Shown here piece by piece: positions 59,801-64,000 of a stretch of 64,000 nucleotides of DNA; position 1 is the stretch's first letter, and each line of letters begins with the position of its first letter. The position numbers were made by a program, and so were the translations under genes. The stretch is taken from the NCBI GenBank assembly GCA_963664705.1, contig OY761556.1:2592001-2656000 (forward strand), in the 5' to 3' direction. The notes under the pieces were generated by a model. The model worked only from the letters and a program-made list of their open reading frames with translations, was not told the origin of the DNA and made no database searches. Source of the DNA: Acidobacteriota bacterium. Lineage in GTDB: Bacteria > Acidobacteriota > UBA6911.

Positions 59801-60502
59801 ACCATGGGCGCGGAACAGGTGGGGAGTTCGACCGGATCGAGCGGCGCGTCGGTAAACGATGTATTCAACCGGGGCTCGAACAAATACATCTCCATGCTTT
59901 CCCGCCCCTTCGTTTCTGTAACTGCACTCAATTACACCCTGCCGAAATTGAATATCAACCGATTTTTGTCCATGGCAATCCGGGATTGGACGTTCGGCGC
60001 ATCGCTGCAATACGCAAGCGGCTTGCCGATCAAGGCTCCAGTAGCTCAATCCTCGCTCAGCTCAGTGCTCTTCCGGGATACCTTTGCCAATCGGGTTTCG
60101 GGACAGCCCCTCTTCCTTAAGAACCCCAATTGTCATTGTGTCAACCCGTACCAAGACTTAATTCTTAATCCCAGCGCCTGGGCCGATCCGGCTGCCGGGA
60201 CATTTGGCTCCGGGGCTGCCTATTACAATGATTATCGTCAACAGCGCCGACCCGGGGAATCCATGAGTCTTGGGCGGACCTTCCGGATTAGGGAAGGTGC
60301 TTCATTGAACATCCGCGCGGATTTTCAAAACATATTCAACCGCACGGAGATGAATAGTCCAACATCAACCAACGCCAAAGCCTCTACTACGTGGAATGAT
60401 ACTGCCCATACGATCCTCGCTTCGGGCTTTGGATATGTCAATCCGGCCAGCGTGGCCGCTGCTCCCAGAGCAGGGATGATCGTCGCCAGTTTCAAGTTTT
60501 AG
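56846..60502 (+). CDS. TonB-dependent receptor, Oar-like, with carboxypeptidase-regulatory-like N-domain
   Basis: QSDRGTITGTISDPAGA, YAAEYG, KSGTNNYHGS, FGFTLGGP, FAQDTWKVT, FGPRLGAAY, C-terminal aromatic F. Confidence 0.95.
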   Translation: MRSSRCLIAVACLILVAVPALCQSDRGTITGTISDPAGAMISNAPIEAKNTQTGAVYQTVSSTTGNFTLPQLPVGVYQLTATQPGFKQYSRTGITVMVAQTLRIDIPLEVGNISETVSVSADAPLLKTESGELSHNVTAERMESLPLVGFSTVLRDPLAVMALIPGTLYQNRNWFRVNGAPSATLSMRVEGMEATNGMLAQSTGMNQQSMAAIEEYAIQTSNYAAEYGQAGGGYINMTMKSGTNNYHGSAYDYFSNEALNAAQPYVNTKPRVRRNDFGFTLGGPVYIPGIYNGHDKTFFFFNFEEYREQTRYNNTTYTMPTDAYRNGDFRQALTGKNLCGPDNLSTPQDESKCDPLGRTIMEGTIYDPQTERLVNGVRVRDPFQYQGVLNTIDPARFDPVAVNIQKFIPLTTNSGITNNYLHVWDSPNIRWIPGFKIDHNIGSRSKLAFFWSATHNNQIQAPGPPGGDGIPTEASTARQTLQNAYLTHLSFDQTLTPTMVLHLGTGVQSLIFEDPAANTHFDQQKELGLPGSLYTVFPFISGLSAARGGMSARSVTVPTGNMGPFMQTRSVMFKPAANVSLTWVKQNHTYKFGAEGRWEKFPTILYYPSYGGYNFSADQTGLPSTLGQNLGGGTVGFPYASFLLGLVADGNTGVASAPRLAKSAWSMFAQDTWKVTRKFTLDYGLRWDYQDYFKDSQGRVASFSPTTPNPSAGGLMGAVIYEGPGTGHCNCDFARVYPFAFGPRLGAAYQITPKTVLRMGIGISYGQTASESQTSWKVGANNPYKNPEFGTAAGLLRNGMPTPPSWPILNAGLYPRAGTLSAPPVAIDRNAGRPPRQIQWSIGIQREIFANLAVEASYVGNRGAWWEANELINVDALTPERIAAAGLDVTSAADRLLLTSPLNSTLAAQRGFNKAPYVGFPMTATVAQSLRPFPQFQGSANNVPAVSYLWAPLGRTWYDSLQVKVTKRFSQGLDLTSTFTWQKELTMGAEQVGSSTGSSGASVNDVFNRGSNKYISMLSRPFVSVTALNYTLPKLNINRFLSMAIRDWTFGASLQYASGLPIKAPVAQSSLSSVLFRDTFANRVSGQPLFLKNPNCHCVNPYQDLILNPSAWADPAAGTFGSGAAYYNDYRQQRRPGESMSLGRTFRIREGASLNIRADFQNIFNRTEMNSPTSTNAKASTTWNDTAHTILASGFGYVNPASVAAAPRAGMIVASFKF

Positions 60503-60509
60503 CTATAAT

Positions 60510-60549
60510 CTCCCGGGGAGGCGGGCCGCTGGTTTCGCCGCCCCGGGAG
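60510..60549 (+). terminator. GC-rich hairpin after the receptor gene
   Basis: CTCCCGGGG...CCCCGGGAG with inner GGCG/CGCC pairing; no U-tract. Confidence 0.45.
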
Positions 60550-60591
60550 CATAAGCCGTATGGTTGTCTTGGCTTTGTACGAGGTTTAAGC

Positions 60592-61041
60592 ATGATCGGA
60601 AATATCCGTATCCGCTCCGTCGCGGTTTTAATAAATCTGACATGGATTCTTTCTGTCTTTGCCCTGGCTGAGGACAAAGATGCTTCTCCAAAATTCCCCA
60701 GCATAAAATGTGAAGAGCTGAAGAAACTGATCGACGATAAGTCGGCCAATATTCTGGTGGTCAGCAATGATCCGCAGGAGTCCTTTAATGAAGGCCATAT
60801 CCCAGGAGCAACCAGTTTCCCCTGGACAGACGATCTCAGGCCGCCCATCACACTCCCCCGCAACAAGACGCTCGTTCTTTATTGTTCATGTGCACACGAG
60901 GAAGATTCGAGTGACATGGCAGCCAAACTGAAAGTTTTTGGGTATCGAAATATAAAGGTACTTGAGGGAGGTTGGCTGCAGTGGCTAAAGCTTAAATATC
61001 CTATCGCGGCGCTTAAAACTCGCAGACCCAATGCACCTTAG
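60592..61041 (+). CDS. Exported rhodanese-like protein
   Basis: Signal peptide; FNEGHIPGA, LVLYCSC, VLEGGWLQW. Confidence 0.88.
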   Translation: MIGNIRIRSVAVLINLTWILSVFALAEDKDASPKFPSIKCEELKKLIDDKSANILVVSNDPQESFNEGHIPGATSFPWTDDLRPPITLPRNKTLVLYCSCAHEEDSSDMAAKLKVFGYRNIKVLEGGWLQWLKLKYPIAALKTRRPNAP

Positions 61042-61787
61042 CGCATGCGCTCCTGCAATGCTTCGTTTCCAATGCTCTCGCCCCCTGAATCATTGGTTGA
61101 TGAATCGATAAATTCCGGCGCATGGAATCCAGCTATTGCATAGGGCAGCAGGTGATTAAAACTAGCCTCACCATTGCTGGAATCGCAACGCCTTCCCGAC
61201 ATGGCCATTAGAGCTCCGGGCTGTATCAGCCCAAAAACCAGTGCCCCCATTACAAAATGAAGGCGCCATATTATTGTCTCCTGCGAAAGATAAGGCAAAC
61301 AGGAGTGCAGCGCTTTTACAAACGCTTTATGCACCGGATCCATAGGGGCAAGAGCCTTTTTTGTGTTTTCAACTCCTTCACGAGACATATTGGCAAAGAT
61401 GCCAAGGTGCAGTGACCTGGCATGGGAACTTTCGCGAGCCTGCAGCCATGGGATGAGCCATGCTCTAAGGATTTCCTCAACAGATGGAGCGCGCCCGTTT
61501 TGGGTAATAATTTTCAACTGTTGCATCAGTTCTTGCGACAGCGGAGCCGTGTGAGCACGCAATACTTCGGAGAACAGTGCCCGTTTCCCGCCGAAATAAT
61601 ATCCTACAAGCCCCGAATTAACCCCGGCATGCGCGGCAATTTCCCGGACCGAAACATGTCGGTATTCCTTGGATGAAAACAATTCCTCTGCAGAACGAAG
61701 CAGTCTTTCCCTTGAATTCAGTCGACCGGCATTGTTGTCGCTCTCCGAATTACTCCCACATACAACCTTGGATACAAATTTTGTCAT
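61038..61787 (-). CDS. TetR-family transcriptional regulator
   Basis: RERLLRSAEELF...VSVREIAAHAGVNSGLVGYYFGGKRAL. Confidence 0.92.
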   Translation of the reverse strand: MTKFVSKVVCGSNSESDNNAGRLNSRERLLRSAEELFSSKEYRHVSVREIAAHAGVNSGLVGYYFGGKRALFSEVLRAHTAPLSQELMQQLKIITQNGRAPSVEEILRAWLIPWLQARESSHARSLHLGIFANMSREGVENTKKALAPMDPVHKAFVKALHSCLPYLSQETIIWRLHFVMGALVFGLIQPGALMAMSGRRCDSSNGEASFNHLLPYAIAGFHAPEFIDSSTNDSGGESIGNEALQERMR

Positions 61788-61858
61788 CGTGATGAGTCCA
61801 TTGCTTGGTATAGAAACACTCCGCTTCCACTCTTGCGGCTCTCCAACAAGCCATTATT

Positions 61859-61870
61859 GTAAACGTTTAC
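61859..61870. promoter_or_regulatory. Palindromic operator upstream of the TetR gene
   Basis: GTAAACGTTTAC, perfect palindrome (LacI-like, or TetR autoregulatory). Confidence 0.5.
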
Positions 61871-62156
61871 TATGCAATATATCACAGGATTCCGAATCAC
61901 TTTCCCCATGATATCCCCATGTTTTATCCTTATTTTATGAGACTCACATTACAATATCCATATCATTTATTTGTTGGTTCGGTGTAATGCCCTATTTGCA
62001 TTGTTTGATCCTCTTGGCAATCGTTTTCCCATCCGGATAAATTTCGCGTCATGCGCCGGCCTGGCAACTGCCCGCTAAAATCGGGCTATCCTGATGTGCC
62101 GATAAAACGCAGAATGGGAACAAGAGCTATAATTTGGATTGAGCTAATAATTGATA

Positions 62157-63167
62157 TTACTTTTCATTCCAGACGGCTGTCGAACCGCGCAAAACCAAGC
62201 CTGTTTCAAGCAGGTATTCTGTGCCCTTTTCGGAAGGTTTCTCACGTTCGAGCTCTGTTAACAGGGCCTTGAATGAGATGCGCGCCAGATCGGTTTGTGA
62301 CATCCGAACCGTTGTGAGTGGAGGCAGGACATACTGGGCCAGCTTAATATCATCAAAACCAATGAGCGACAGATCTGCTGGAATGGACAAGCCTTCCTTA
62401 TGACAAGCGTGCATGACCCCCAATGCGGTCATATCGTTTGAACATAGAACGGCGGTGGGATGCCGGGGCAATTTCAGAAGCGACTGCATGGATCTGACGC
62501 CGCCCTCCAGAGTGTGATCTCCTTCCACTATAAAGTTTTTGTGAATTTTCAAACCTATCTCACCCATCGCCTTCTGGAATGCGGCGCGTCTTGATATTGC
62601 AGACTTAAGAAACATTGGCCCCGAGATAAAGCCGATTCTTTCGTGCCTGAGAGCAGCCAGGTGTTGTACGGCCTGCCGTATCCCATGCAAATAGTCGATC
62701 CTAATGTTGCTGACGCGTGGACGCTTCGGGCCTACATCGACAAAAACAAGAGGTACATTGCCGAGTTCCCTGTCTTCAAGAAGCAGTTCTTCCATGCCAA
62801 ATGTCATCACCGCGATACCATCGACGCGTCGTTCAGTCATGCGTCGAACCGAAATATCCATGCGCTCAGAATCATGCACGGTGGATACCAGAAGAATCTC
62901 ATATCCATGCTCAACGGCAATGCTCTCAAAAGCCTGAACAATCTCCGGGAAAAACGGATTTGTGATTTCCGATACCACCAGCCCCAGGATGTGGCTTCGT
63001 CCGGAGACAAGCGCACGTGCCTGGATATTGGGACGGTACCCGAGCTCATCAATCACCTTCCATACACGCTTGGCGAGACGCGGATCTACCGTCGGTATGT
63101 GGTTAACCGTTCGCGAAACGGTCGCTGTCGATACTTTGGCTCGTTTGGCAACTTCCCGAATATTCAT
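62157..63167 (-). CDS. LacI-family transcriptional regulator
   Basis: MNIREVAKRAKVSTATVSR, LGYRPN, NPFF, CSND, GFDD, PPLTTV. Confidence 0.95.
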   Translation of the reverse strand: MNIREVAKRAKVSTATVSRTVNHIPTVDPRLAKRVWKVIDELGYRPNIQARALVSGRSHILGLVVSEITNPFFPEIVQAFESIAVEHGYEILLVSTVHDSERMDISVRRMTERRVDGIAVMTFGMEELLLEDRELGNVPLVFVDVGPKRPRVSNIRIDYLHGIRQAVQHLAALRHERIGFISGPMFLKSAISRRAAFQKAMGEIGLKIHKNFIVEGDHTLEGGVRSMQSLLKLPRHPTAVLCSNDMTALGVMHACHKEGLSIPADLSLIGFDDIKLAQYVLPPLTTVRMSQTDLARISFKALLTELEREKPSEKGTEYLLETGLVLRGSTAVWNEK

Positions 63168-63427
63168 TGAACTCACTTCCACGCTATCAGATGGGCATGC
63201 CAATTATCATTGGAATCCGGATCTTCTGCAATGACAGATGTATTCTTTAGGCAAATATAGTTGGATCGGCGAGCACTCCGTTGTGGACCGTGACAGAATC
63301 TGCGGTTATCTCAGTATAAACCGGGGCAAGGGCTCCGGGCATTCGAGCCCCGTTGCCGCACCGATAGATTTGTTCTCTGGGATCTCAACAGTGGCAGGGA
63401 CACGCAGCGGTATATATTTCAAACATT

Positions 63428-63500
63428 TATGCATTATGCATGCATATGCCATGCATCTCGCATTATGCACTTGACAAGACTGAGGCCATAAACCTAACCT
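63428..63500 (+). promoter_or_regulatory. TGCAT-rich operator plus promoter for the downstream hydrolase
   Basis: TATGCATTATGCATGCATAT, then TTGACA(63471)-N18-TAACCT. Confidence 0.55.
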
Positions 63501-63592
63501 AGACTATCAGAATTAGGAAAACATACTGCAACTATTTGACAAACACGCGTTCCCCTAATAGTGGGCACAATTGCTTAACAGGAGGAATCATA

Positions 63593-64000
63593 ATGCTTAA
63601 ACGGCTTTGCATGCTGATATGCGCATGGACCCTGATCGTAACAGCCGTGAACGCCCAAACAGCGTCCAGCGGTTCGGGCCCATATCCTGCTATCACGGAG
63701 GGAGACACTGGAGTCCCCGGCCATACCATCTACCGCCCCGAAAATCTCGGCTCCTTTACCAAATCAAATCCTCTGCCGGTGGTGGCCTGGGGCAATGGAG
63801 GATGTGCCAACTCATCCACATTTTATGCTCCTTTCCTGGCGGAAATCGCCTCCCGTGGATTTCTGGTCGTAGCCATCGGCCCATTTACCCCGGGAGGTGC
63901 AGCTAAGCCAGCCGGAATGGGCGGCGGTATGGGAATGGGTCAGGCAACGAAATCCGCGCAATTGTTGGAAGCGCTGGATTGGGCAACAGCCGAAAACAAA
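63593..64000 (+). CDS. Secreted alpha/beta hydrolase, paralog of 45792-46790; runs off the window
   Basis: Missing from the ORF track. GGAGG RBS; MLKRLCMLIC...GSGPYPAI...HTIYRP...AWGNGGC...EIASRGF...QLLEALDWA. Confidence 0.88.
   Translation, partial: MLKRLCMLICAWTLIVTAVNAQTASSGSGPYPAITEGDTGVPGHTIYRPENLGSFTKSNPLPVVAWGNGGCANSSTFYAPFLAEIASRGFLVVAIGPFTPGGAAKPAGMGGGMGMGQATKSAQLLEALDWATAENK

Noticed and set aside
1-64000. CRISPR array, rRNA, transposase, integrase, reverse transcriptase or defence system
   Set aside because: No regularly spaced repeats or diagnostic protein motifs seen by eye.

Overview
Bacterial window, most likely an anaerobic Acidobacteriota genome (Oar-type TonB-dependent receptor, acidobacterial-style secreted proteins; taxonomy is inferred). 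1-6055 is the right end of a phage-derived element, bounded by a duplicated 3' half of tRNA-Ser(CGA) that looks like an att site. It carries HNH, replication, DUF6475-like and HTH genes plus secreted cargo. Next come a signal-peptide protein with a phage-spike-like C-terminus, a Tat Fe-S subunit with a tungsten-family AOR, a Mo aldehyde oxidoreductase, a diheme protein, an AOR pseudogene fragment, an M6 protease, a glycyl-radical enzyme with its activase, a sucrose phosphorylase operon and an L-arabinose operon. The main finding is at 41.6-56.1 kb: two paralogous genes that the ORF track splits are each one reading frame with an in-frame UGA (G-H-U-S-S-C) followed by a SECIS-like hairpin. They look like exported UGSC-type selenoproteins, each paired with a DUF4352-like protein, among Tat flavoproteins, secreted esterases and transporters. 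A TGTCACA-N4-TGTGACA palindrome placed just upstream of TTGACA occurs four times and may link these loci into one regulon. Family assignments come from motif recognition only; no searches were run.
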